From an uncultured Candidatus Saccharibacteria bacterium (GTDB lineage Bacteria; Patescibacteriota; Saccharimonadia; Saccharimonadales; CAYUUR01): 64,000 bases of DNA. Each line of letters begins with the position of its first letter. Positions within the stretch are counted from its first letter, which is position 1. Positions 18,841-26,704 of this stretch are shown piece after piece. The position numbers were made by a program, and so were the translations under genes. The notes below the pieces were generated by a model. That model had not been told where the DNA came from, searched no databases, and saw nothing but the letters and a program-made list of their open reading frames with translations. The stretch covers positions 133,610 through 197,609 of the forward strand of contig CAYUUR010000003.1 in the NCBI GenBank assembly GCA_964448075.1, read 5' to 3'.

Positions 18841-19095
18841 TTTACTTTTCTCTATATTTTTCCTCTTTCTTTTCTCCCTCTCTTTCTATATAAATATAGA
18901 GGAGAAGACATAAAGTGAATGATGAATGATTGTTAGTAGGTATATAAGTATGGCTGTAGGTAGTTGTTTGGGTGTAAGTATAGTGAATTATATCATCAGG
19001 TGTGTTAGTGATAATTTAGCTGGTTATGTGAGTAATTGTGGTAATGAGTTGAGCCTTGGTTTGGTAAGTATTGGAGTAAGTTAGTAGGTAGATGT
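18841..19095 (+). repeat. strand-asymmetric ori/iteron-like tract (polypyrimidine arm, AT palindrome, C-depleted GT-rich iterons)
   Basis: 18841-18890 is almost purine-free. The palindrome tctatataaatataga is centred near 18893. 18901-19095 has only 7 C by my count and at least 7 copies of GT(A/G)(A/G)GT(A/T). It lies directly upstream of the replication-relaxation gene. Confidence 0.5.
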
Positions 19096-20004
19096 ATGCG
19101 TGATCTAGCAATCAATGAAGCTGAAGTTAATAAATCTAGCAAAGTGGATGCAGTGAAGTACCGCAGACCACTAAACCCTCAGCAGCTGAAAACCCTGCAC
19201 CTACTGTATTGGTACCGTTTCTGCACAGCCAAGCAACTAGCTCGTTCGCTGGACAAATCCAGCCATAAGGCCATACAAAACAAGCTGCAGATACTTGAAG
19301 CGCAAGGCTTTATTGGCAAACGCTATGACACGTCCTACAAGCTTGTCGGAAGACCAGCTGAGTACTTTATTACTCCCAAAGGCGTCCGTGTACTTGAAAA
19401 GGCCAAACCAAATACTACCAACCAGTGGGCAACCAAAAGCCTGTACAAGAACAAGACGGTGTCTGGTGACTTCCTGAGGCATTGCGTCACCGTAACTGAA
19501 GTATCTCAAAGACTGAGAGCTATATATGGAGACAGCAACAAGCTCCGTAGATTCTCCAAAAGCTATATGGCAGAGTTTAGCCACTATCCCCAATGGACAC
19601 CGGACTTACACCTTGAGATACCAGGCAAAGGTGAAACGCCCGCCAAACACTACTTTGTAGACATTTGGGATGGTACCAAGCCGTTCTTTGTCAGTGTCAG
19701 GAAGGCACGGAACTATGTGAACTTCAAAGACAGTGGCGGCAAGGATGGCACTGAATGGCAGGAGGATGAACAGTTTCCGGCAATACTGGCCATATGCCAG
19801 AACGAGCAAACCCAGAAGAAGCTAAACCGGCAGATGAGGCGTATTTTAGACGAGCAGTGGGATGAGGAGCTGGTGTTTGCTACAACGACAAGGCAGCAGC
19901 TTATGGAAGCTACCAAACCAGCACAGAAGGTGTGGCTACAGATTCACTCGGACGAGGAGCCAACCAAACGCTCTTTGAACCAGCTATTTGCACCAAAAAG
20001 CTAA
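19096..20004 (+). CDS. replication-relaxation family protein (plasmid-type winged-helix)
   Basis: LNPQQLKTLHLLYWYRFCTAKQLARSL...KLQILEAQGFIGKRYD matches the N-terminal wHTH pattern of Replic_Relax proteins. Confidence 0.6.
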   Translation: MRDLAINEAEVNKSSKVDAVKYRRPLNPQQLKTLHLLYWYRFCTAKQLARSLDKSSHKAIQNKLQILEAQGFIGKRYDTSYKLVGRPAEYFITPKGVRVLEKAKPNTTNQWATKSLYKNKTVSGDFLRHCVTVTEVSQRLRAIYGDSNKLRRFSKSYMAEFSHYPQWTPDLHLEIPGKGETPAKHYFVDIWDGTKPFFVSVRKARNYVNFKDSGGKDGTEWQEDEQFPAILAICQNEQTQKKLNRQMRRILDEQWDEELVFATTTRQQLMEATKPAQKVWLQIHSDEEPTKRSLNQLFAPKS

Positions 20005-20294
20005 TGGTGTAGAATATACGTAAGCAGTATTCATATACTGAGTGTAGTGGAAGCAAAAACTATGAAAACTACGTATACATTAGAGGGGAATAATCAAACC
20101 GGCACTATCAGTGGTTTAGATTGCGCATCAGCGCAATCTCGTCTCTCTCTCTCGGTTAGCGCAAGCGCTAACCGCACCGATAGCCCTAAAACCGTCAGCA
20201 GCCGTCTCTATTTTGGACGGCTAATTTTATTTCCTGGAGTAACAGCAGTGCAAGCCTAATATAATCAAAAACCAGCAAGAATAACGAACCAAGA

Positions 20295-21635
20295 ATGGAA
20301 CCCAACGTGGAAACCCTGACCCAAACCATTAACATCGTCATCGGCGGAGACGGCACCGGCAGCCTGGCAGATACTGGCGTCTCCCTCCTGCCGCTCATAG
20401 CCATTGCCGTAATGCTCATAGCTTCCGGTATTCTTTCGTGGCGCTTTGCCCACCGCTCCCACAAACTCAGCTTCCGTAGTCTCGGCGTCTTTGCCTTCTT
20501 TGCCCTCGCAGGCCTTGGTTTGACCCTCAACCTCTCAGCCGTCACCGCTGCTCCCACTCTCACCCTCGGTACTAACCAAGACACGCTCACTGTCACCGTT
20601 CCCGAAGGCGGAGGTGAAGCCAGCACGACTACCACCCTCACATCAGGTACCACCAACCCTGAGGGCTATACCCTCACGGCAGCACTAGCTGAAGCCGAGC
20701 CAGGCATAGCTATTAAGCTCAAGGGTGGAGACATCACTACCAGCACAGCCCTCGAACCAGGCGCTCCTGCCTTAACGCTCAAAACCACTGAAAGTGCCAG
20801 CTCAAACGACACCACTGAAGTAACGCTGGACTTCACCATTGATGGTACGGTAACCTCAGGCACCAAAGAACTCAAGCTGGCCTATACGGTTACCGACAAC
20901 GAGCCAACCGGTCCGGCTACCCTCCAAAGCTTCACCACTGAGGCCTGCGATGCACTACCTGCCTACACCGGCAGCAATGAAGACGCCGTTATCACCCTGA
21001 CCGACAGTAGAGACGATCAAGCATACCAGGTCGCCAAACTAGCCGATAACAACTGCTGGATGCTCGACAACCTCAAGCTGGGCTCTACTACGGGCACCAT
21101 AGAACTGACACCAGAGGATTCTAATGTCGGCAGTAACTTCACGTTGCCGCAGCTCTACAGCGGTTATTCCGGTGACTATCTGAGCTATGACGACCCACAC
21201 GCCTATGGCCCGCTCCCCGGAGACACCGGAGAAGGCGAAACCAACTACGGCTACTTATACAACTGGCCTGCCGCCACTGCCGGTGAAACAAGAGACAGCC
21301 ATGACGAAACCGCAGGCGATGCACCATACTCCATTTGTCCGGCCAATTGGCGGCTGCCAACCGGTGGTAGTGGCGGTGAGTTCGCAGCGCTCTATACCGC
21401 ACTCGGTAGCAGCCCTGCCCAGTGGAATTACCCAGGACCGTTTCAAGGCACGTTCGCGGGCTACTGGTGGGAAGGCTTCAACGATCAGGGTGACTACGGC
21501 TACGTGTGGTCGAGTTCGGCCTACCCGGGCAATCCTGACTACGCGTTCAACGCGTACTTCGGCGCAGGTGAAGTGGGCCCAGCCGTCTACGGCGATCGGA
21601 GCGCTGGGCTGTCTGTCCGCTGTCTCTTAAATTAG
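20295..21635 (+). CDS. DGR target (variable) protein: N-terminal TM segments, Thr-rich region, Fib_succ_major (FISUMP)-like region, C-type-lectin-fold VR at the C-terminus
   Basis: DSRDDQAYQVAKLADNNCWMLDNLKLG (TIGR02145-like). The C-terminal 57 codons are the VR partner of the TR at 23067-23236. Confidence 0.85.
   Translation: MEPNVETLTQTINIVIGGDGTGSLADTGVSLLPLIAIAVMLIASGILSWRFAHRSHKLSFRSLGVFAFFALAGLGLTLNLSAVTAAPTLTLGTNQDTLTVTVPEGGGEASTTTTLTSGTTNPEGYTLTAALAEAEPGIAIKLKGGDITTSTALEPGAPALTLKTTESASSNDTTEVTLDFTIDGTVTSGTKELKLAYTVTDNEPTGPATLQSFTTEACDALPAYTGSNEDAVITLTDSRDDQAYQVAKLADNNCWMLDNLKLGSTTGTIELTPEDSNVGSNFTLPQLYSGYSGDYLSYDDPHAYGPLPGDTGEGETNYGYLYNWPAATAGETRDSHDETAGDAPYSICPANWRLPTGGSGGEFAALYTALGSSPAQWNYPGPFQGTFAGYWWEGFNDQGDYGYVWSSSAYPGNPDYAFNAYFGAGEVGPAVYGDRSAGLSVRCLLN
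21453..21622 (+). repeat. DGR variable repeat (VR) including the 3' IMH-like invariant end
   Basis: Gap-free 170-bp alignment to 23067-23236. 19 mismatches by my count, all at TR adenines. The last 21 nt, cgctgggctgtctgtccgctg, are identical. Confidence 0.9.
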
Positions 21636-21648
21636 CGTCAGCTAATTC

Positions 21649-21720
21649 CGGTACCCCACAAAGCGAGACTGGCGCGAAGGCGTGACCACGCCTGAGCCCG
21701 TCGAGTCGACTGGGGTACCG
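21649..21720 (+). promoter_or_regulatory. GC-rich inverted repeat immediately downstream of VR (DGR-associated stem structure)
   Basis: cggtacccca (21649-21658) is the perfect reverse complement of tggggtaccg (21711-21720). An inner hairpin ggcg-tgacca-cgcc is present. Confidence 0.55.
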
Positions 21721-21743
21721 TCGCAGGATTTTATGATACGGAC

Positions 21744-22835
21744 ATGGCCATGAATACTTCAGACGAACGCGCCACGTGGCTCGCCAAAGAACTCAGGAAG
21801 GCGTACGTAGCTGCGCGGCGCGGCAAGACCAACAAGCCCGAGGTTGAAAAGTTCGATGCTATCGCCAAGCTTGAGTTGCCAGCGCTGGCCAAAGAAATTC
21901 ACTCGCGCAGCTATACACCCCGTCCTTCAACAGCGTTTATCGTGAACAAACCCGTCAAGCGGGAGATATTCGCCGCCGACTTCCGCGACCGGGTGGTGCA
22001 TCATTTTCTGTTCAATCAGGTCAACAAGTGGTGGGACGCCCGGTTTATCGAAGATAACTATAGTTGCCGCGTTGGCAAAGGTACGCTCTATGGTATCCGC
22101 CGTTTAGACCATCATATCCGCTCGGTGAGCCGTAACTATACCCGGCCAGCCTACGTACTCAAGCTGGATCTGCAAGGGTACTTTATGAGCTTGGAGCGCA
22201 AAAAGCTGTACGCGCGGGCAATGTGGGGGCTGGACAGGCAGTTTCCCGAAAGAGGCTATGCCTATCAGCTGTGTAAGTTTCTCTGGAAGGTGATAATTTT
22301 CAACGACCCGCTCAATAAGGTGGAATTCAATTGCCCGCGGAGCGCCTGGAAAGGCTTGCCGCCGAGCAAAAGTCTGTTCCACCAGCCCAAAGGGCGCGGC
22401 ATCGCCATCGGCAATCTGACGTCGCAGCTGCTGAGCAACATCTATCTCGACCAGCTGGATCAGTTTGTAACGCTGGAACTAGGATTTAAACATTATGGGC
22501 GCTACGTTGATGATTTTTATATTGTTTCTGAGAGCAAAGCCGAGTTGGTTCAGGCTAGTAGTACTATAGAGGCGTACGTCACAGGTCGACTCGGTCTTGT
22601 TTTGCACCCTCATAAACGACACCTGCAAGAGTGTCATAAGGGGGTTGCGTTCTTAGGCGCGGTGATCTATCCGCACCGCATCCACCCCGGCAAACGACTG
22701 AAGCGCAACCTGCTGGCAGCACTCTCTCAGGAGGATTGCTCAAAAGAAACCGAAGCGTCATATAAGGGATTAGTGAAGCATTACAAGCATCATAAACTAC
22801 TAAAAGGTGTAGCTATTGAACGGGGGGTACAATAG
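21744..22835 (+). CDS. DGR-type reverse transcriptase
   Basis: IGNLTSQLLSNIYL ([I/L]GxxxSQ, DGR RT signature) and GRYVDDFYIV (YxDD catalytic box). Located between VR and TR. Confidence 0.9.
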   Translation: MAMNTSDERATWLAKELRKAYVAARRGKTNKPEVEKFDAIAKLELPALAKEIHSRSYTPRPSTAFIVNKPVKREIFAADFRDRVVHHFLFNQVNKWWDARFIEDNYSCRVGKGTLYGIRRLDHHIRSVSRNYTRPAYVLKLDLQGYFMSLERKKLYARAMWGLDRQFPERGYAYQLCKFLWKVIIFNDPLNKVEFNCPRSAWKGLPPSKSLFHQPKGRGIAIGNLTSQLLSNIYLDQLDQFVTLELGFKHYGRYVDDFYIVSESKAELVQASSTIEAYVTGRLGLVLHPHKRHLQECHKGVAFLGAVIYPHRIHPGKRLKRNLLAALSQEDCSKETEASYKGLVKHYKHHKLLKGVAIERGVQ

Positions 22836-23066
22836 AGGCTATGCTTTGCCAGGCTCAGGGGCGGGCGGTGCTTGGCGGCTTTTTGCTTACTGCCCGAGGA
22901 TCGGCCTGGCGTATAAGCATATCTAAGAGACAATACTCACTAGCTTTGACTTGTTTCCTAGCTAGTTCTATAGGGGCAGCGCCGCCAAGACCTCCCTGCG
23001 TTTGGTACGCTGGACGCAGTACAACGAGTAGTATTGATACACGTGCGCTGGTCGGGGGCCTTCAGT

Positions 23067-23236
23067 TTCGCGGGCAACTGGTGGGAAGGCTTCAACGATC
23101 AGGGTGACAACGGCAACGTGTGGTCGAGTTCGGCCAACCCGGACAATCCTGACAACGCGTTCAACGCGAACTTCAACGCAGATGAAGTGAACCCAGCCAA
23201 CAACAACAATCGGAACGCTGGGCTGTCTGTCCGCTG
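23067..23236 (+). repeat. DGR template repeat (TR), Asn-codon (AAC) rich
   Basis: Reads ...GDNGNVWSSSANPDNPDNAFNANFNADEVNPANNNNRNAGLSVR in the VR frame. Differs from VR only where TR has A. Confidence 0.9.
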
Positions 23237-23672
23237 ACTCTTAGAGCATATTTTGTAACAGTTTTGCACTCACTACACCTCTATTGGCTCATCTTCCTCT
23301 GAGCCGGTATTTTAGCACTTTTTGCTTCATTCGTCTTTGTTTTAACTGTTCCTTGACGTTAGGGGATACTCTCGTCTATCTCTGTATTGCCCTGTTGAAT
23401 TTTTTCTGTACGTACTTCTTGTTCTTGGTCCGCCATCAGTTCTCCTTTAGTGCCCGTTGTTAGTTGTCCATCTAGTATGTAGGCTCTCGATCGTTTAATC
23501 TGTACAAAATGTCACATACTGTTTTTGGGTTGCGTGCTATTAAAAATGGCCTACGAAAGCGTAAGGCCATTCAAGTGTGATTCATATGCAGTTAACACTG
23601 CCAACTAAGTGAAGGCGTCATTCATTTGTTGAGATCAAACGCAAGTCATCCTATGTAAACAAGCTTGTTTCG

Positions 23673-23770
23673 TGGCGGAGAGAGAGGGTAACGCGCAGCT
23701 GCTTCCGTTCTCGGAGCAAGCTCCTGTGAGCGGACTTGCTGACCGAACCCGGCTCGAATCCCTCTTCTTT
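23673..23770 (-). repeat. tRNA-linked mini-element (E-type, no cargo) ending in a copy of the tRNA-Ser 3' end
   Basis: tggcggagagagaggg (23673-23688) is identical to tRNA-Ser 23816-23831. The core (tRNA-sense) is GGTTCGGTCAGCAAGTCCGCTCACAGGAGCTTGCTCCGAGAACGGAAGCAGCTGCGCGTTACCC. The 5' GAAGAGGGATTCGAG can pair with the 3' CCCTCTC. Confidence 0.6.
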
Positions 23771-23780
23771 AGAGACAAGA

Positions 23781-23811
23781 AAAACGGCCACACTGATGTG
23801 TGACCATTTTT
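23781..23811. terminator. bidirectional terminator-like hairpin after tRNA-Ser
   Basis: aaaac-ggccacac-tgat-gtgtgacc-attttt. Confidence 0.6.
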
Positions 23812-23815
23812 CTCC

Positions 23816-23907
23816 TGGCGGAGAGAGAGGGATTCGAACCCTCGAGACGTTTTGCAACGCCTACACGCTTTCCAAGCGTGCTCCTTCAGCCACTCGGACA
23901 CCTCTCC
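23816..23907 (-). tRNA. tRNA-Ser(GGA), class II, CCA encoded
   Basis: Reverse complement GGAGAGGTGTCCGAGTGGCTGAAGGAGCACGCTTGGAAAGCGTG...GAGGGTTCGAATCCCTCTCTCTCCGCCA; anticodon loop TTGGAAA. Confidence 0.9.
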
Positions 23908-24029
23908 TAATAACTTCATTATACGAAAATCCACCAAAATCGGTAACAATCCGCCAAAAACCAGCCCTTATGCTTGTATACAGTGGTACAACAGGGATAG
24001 AATAGAACTAACCTTTTACTAACACTTTA

Positions 24030-24923
24030 ATGGAGAAATCTGTGGCACTTATTCAGCTTAACGATGTCAGCAAAATCTACGGTCTTGGCGATGCAACTAC
24101 CGTGGCGCTTGAGGAAGTTACTCTGAGCATTGATAAGGGTGAGTTTGTGGCAGTGATGGGCCCAAGTGGTTGCGGCAAATCAACGTTAATGAACATGATC
24201 GGCTTGCTCGACCAGCCTACGCATGGCGCCTATATCCTTGGCGGTCGTTCTGTTGCAAAGCTGCGCACCAATCAACGGGCAAAAGTACGTCGTGACAAAA
24301 TTGGATTTATCTTTCAGTCCTTTAACCTATTACCTCGCCTTATCGTGCTCGAGAATGTCGCTTTGCCACTCGCCTATCGTGGCATGACGCAAACGCGCCG
24401 TCTCAAACGTGCCAGTCAGCTACTAGCACGTGTTGGATTGCAGGATCGCGAGTACTATATGCCTAAACAGTTGAGTGGTGGTCAAGCGCAGCAAGTTGCT
24501 ATTGCCCGTGCGCTGATTAATAATCCAGAAATTATTATCGCAGATGAACCGACCGGTAATCTTGACAGCGCATCAAGTCGGGTGGTTATGGAGCTGCTCA
24601 GTGAAATTCACCAAGACGGCAACACAGTACTGATGGTAACCCATAACCCTGAACTCACTCGGTATGCAACTCGAGTCGTGTATATGCATGATGGGGCGAT
24701 TGTGCATGATGAGAAGAAGCCAATCGGTAAAATTCCGGCACGGGCCAAAAAGATAATATTTACCCAGCACACCAAGACAGAAGAAGATGATTTGGCCGGT
24801 GTATCGGCACTGATGCATACAATTCCTGGCAAGGACCAGATACAGAAGGTGGTTAAGAAACGTCGCACCCGTAAGGCAAAATCAACACGCAAGAAACCCG
24901 CACGGAGCAAGACCCATGTTTAA
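24030..24923 (+). CDS. ABC transporter ATP-binding protein (MacB/LolD/FtsE-like) with basic C-terminal tail
   Basis: Walker A GPSGCGKST, signature LSGGQAQQVAIARAL, Walker B IIIADEPTGNLD. Overlaps the permease gene by 8 nt. Confidence 0.88.
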   Translation: MEKSVALIQLNDVSKIYGLGDATTVALEEVTLSIDKGEFVAVMGPSGCGKSTLMNMIGLLDQPTHGAYILGGRSVAKLRTNQRAKVRRDKIGFIFQSFNLLPRLIVLENVALPLAYRGMTQTRRLKRASQLLARVGLQDREYYMPKQLSGGQAQQVAIARALINNPEIIIADEPTGNLDSASSRVVMELLSEIHQDGNTVLMVTHNPELTRYATRVVYMHDGAIVHDEKKPIGKIPARAKKIIFTQHTKTEEDDLAGVSALMHTIPGKDQIQKVVKKRRTRKAKSTRKKPARSKTHV

Positions 24924-26133
24924 AGGCAATATCAAGATGGCGTGGGCCGCGATTAAAAGCGCCCGTTGGCGAAGCTTCTTAACGATGCTTGGCATTATCA
25001 TTGGGGTCGTCTCGGTGGTAACAATCGTTAGTCTCGGTGAAGGAGTTAAGCGTCAAGTTGCTGGACAGATCAATGACACCGGCAGTGATATCATCACTGT
25101 CTTGCCAGGTAAGCAATCTACTACCTCTCAGGGCTATGGGCTTCAGGACTTTACGGCGCGCGCACCGCAAACATTGAGCGACAAAGATTACGCCGTGATA
25201 GACCAGACTGATGGGGTAGCTTCAACTGTGCCGTTTAGCGTTGTAAGCGGCGTGGCCAGTGTCGAGAATCGTAGCATGCCTGAGAGTGTTATCTTTGGGA
25301 CGAACCAAGATCTCGCAGCCACACTCAACCAGAACATCGAGTTCGGCACATTCTTTACTGAGGCTGAACTCACCCGGCAAGTTGCCGTGATTGGCAAATC
25401 AGTCGCCGAAAAGCTCTTTCAAGAAAATGTGCCTATCGGCCGCACCCTCACTATTCGGGGCGAAGATTTTATTGTCCGCGGCGTACTTGAAGCTTCTAAG
25501 GCAAGCCCGCTGAGCAGTGTCCCTAGTTTTAATGACGCCGTTCTCATTCCCTATCCTGTGGCAACACAACTTGGTGGTGGGTCGTCACCAATCTACCGTA
25601 TTGTCGTGAAGCCTACTAATCCTTCAGAGACGACCGCCGTCCGTAAAAGTATCGCTGATAGGCTCTATTTTTCGCATGCCAAGCAAGATGACGTAACAGT
25701 TCTTACACAGCAGGACATCCTCCGTTCAAATGACGACATCCTGACGCTCCTAACACAGTTGATTACCGCTGTGGCGGCAATATCGCTGCTTGTTGGCGGG
25801 ATCGGTATTATGAATATCATGTTGGTTGCGGTAAGCGAACGAACCAACGAAATCGGCATCCGCAAAGCAGTTGGCGCTACGAATACTCAGATTCTCGGTC
25901 AGTTCTTGGTCGAGGCTGTAGTACTTAGTTTTGCGGGTGGTATCTTTGGAGTCTTTGCAGCTATCGCCGTTAATTTCTTGATACGTATCTTTACGCCTCT
26001 GCAGCCAGCTGTTTCGGCATGGGTAGTGCTGATATCGGTTGGAGTCTCTGTAGGCGTCGGTATTGTGTTTGGCATTGCCCCGGCTATCAAAGCCGCTCGC
26101 AAGCACCCAATTGATGCATTGCGTCAGGTGTAG
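24916..26133 (+). CDS. ABC transporter permease, MacB/FtsX family
   Basis: N-terminal TM, large extracytoplasmic domain, C-terminal FtsX block (GGIGIMNIMLVAVSERTNEIGIRKAVGA). Confidence 0.85.
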   Translation: MFKGNIKMAWAAIKSARWRSFLTMLGIIIGVVSVVTIVSLGEGVKRQVAGQINDTGSDIITVLPGKQSTTSQGYGLQDFTARAPQTLSDKDYAVIDQTDGVASTVPFSVVSGVASVENRSMPESVIFGTNQDLAATLNQNIEFGTFFTEAELTRQVAVIGKSVAEKLFQENVPIGRTLTIRGEDFIVRGVLEASKASPLSSVPSFNDAVLIPYPVATQLGGGSSPIYRIVVKPTNPSETTAVRKSIADRLYFSHAKQDDVTVLTQQDILRSNDDILTLLTQLITAVAAISLLVGGIGIMNIMLVAVSERTNEIGIRKAVGATNTQILGQFLVEAVVLSFAGGIFGVFAAIAVNFLIRIFTPLQPAVSAWVVLISVGVSVGVGIVFGIAPAIKAARKHPIDALRQV

Positions 26134-26325
26134 TAAAACTCTCGGAAACACAGTACCCTGCTCCGGGTGCAGAAGCAGGGTATCATATTGGCAAGTTTGC
26201 TCTAGAGCAACTGTGCCACAACTATACGTAATACTAGCATAGCCCCAAAAACATTTCTAGATATTTAGAACTGATAGGCAGCCGATTTTTGCTATTTATA
26301 GCATTTCAGTATATATTGCAGCCAC

Positions 26326-26652
26326 ATGGACTCACTTAAGAACTCTTGGAGACGTCTTCCAGCTAAAGTGCGCCAGGCTATTGTGTTGGTGATAGGCATG
26401 GCATTTGTTATTGCTGCACCATTTACGGGTGTGTTGCCTGGACCGGGCGGCATACCGGTGTTCTTGGTCGGCGTGGCAATTTTGGCTACAGAGTTTCATT
26501 GGGCGGCACGCCTGCGTGACTACTGCCTCAGGCTATTGCACGAATTTGGCATCTACTACCGCAAAAATCGCTTTCATGGCAATCTCCTGATTGCTACGCT
26601 GATTATTGCTGGCGTTGCAATAAGCTACGTCGTATATACACGCATTCTTTAA
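26326..26652 (+). CDS. PGPGW-motif small membrane protein
   Basis: GVLPGPGGIPVFLVGVAILATEF; 108 aa with multiple TM segments. Confidence 0.55.
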   Translation: MDSLKNSWRRLPAKVRQAIVLVIGMAFVIAAPFTGVLPGPGGIPVFLVGVAILATEFHWAARLRDYCLRLLHEFGIYYRKNRFHGNLLIATLIIAGVAISYVVYTRIL

Positions 26653-26658
26653 CCAAAA

Positions 26659-26680
26659 AGCGCCCCTGGTAAGGGGCGCT
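26659..26680. terminator. terminator hairpin between convergent genes
   Basis: agcgcccct-ggta-aggggcgct preceded by an A-run. Confidence 0.6.
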
Positions 26681-26704
26681 CTCGGTATCAGCAGTCAGTC
26701 GATA

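Noticed and set aside
18901-19095. Possible CRISPR-like or tandem repeat array in the GT-rich tract.
   Set aside because: The repeats are only 7 nt, irregularly spaced and degenerate, with no 25-40-nt repeat/spacer periodicity. I interpret the tract as iteron-like instead.
20047-20259. 70-aa ORF upstream of the DGR target as a possible Avd or accessory gene.
   Set aside because: It has no helical-bundle character. The DNA is instead a series of hairpins (gattgcgc-atca-gcgcaatc, ggttagcgc-aa-gcgctaacc, gccgtc..gacggc), so it is more likely a structured leader or terminator region. Function unknown.
20340-20480. LADTG, hydrophobic stretch and basic residues near the N-terminus of the DGR target, resembling an LPXTG sorting signal.
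   Set aside because: Sorting signals are C-terminal. Here the motif precedes the whole extracellular part, so it is more simply two N-terminal TM helices. The Pro of LPXTG is also missing.
23034-23237. Track ORF 23034-23237 (67 aa, ...WWEGFNDQGDNGNVWSSSANPDNPDN...) and the overlapping ORF 22841-23107 as protein-coding genes.
   Set aside because: The region is the DGR template repeat. It mimics the VR reading frame but has no plausible start context or N-terminal domain. The upstream ORF has no recognisable family and reads into the TR.
23689-23770. SRP (4.5S) RNA-like motif in the tRNA-Ser-linked element: GGTCAGCAAGTCCG ... CGGAAGCAGCTG resembles domain IV GGUCAGGUCCGGAAGGAAGCAGC.
   Set aside because: The GNRA tetraloop position is occupied by a 23-nt insert. 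The 38.9-kb copy mutates GGAAGCAGC to GAGTGCAGC, and the 61.3-kb copy lacks the region. Multiple diverged copies per 64 kb do not fit a single essential ffs gene. A covariance-model scan (Rfam RF00169) would settle it.
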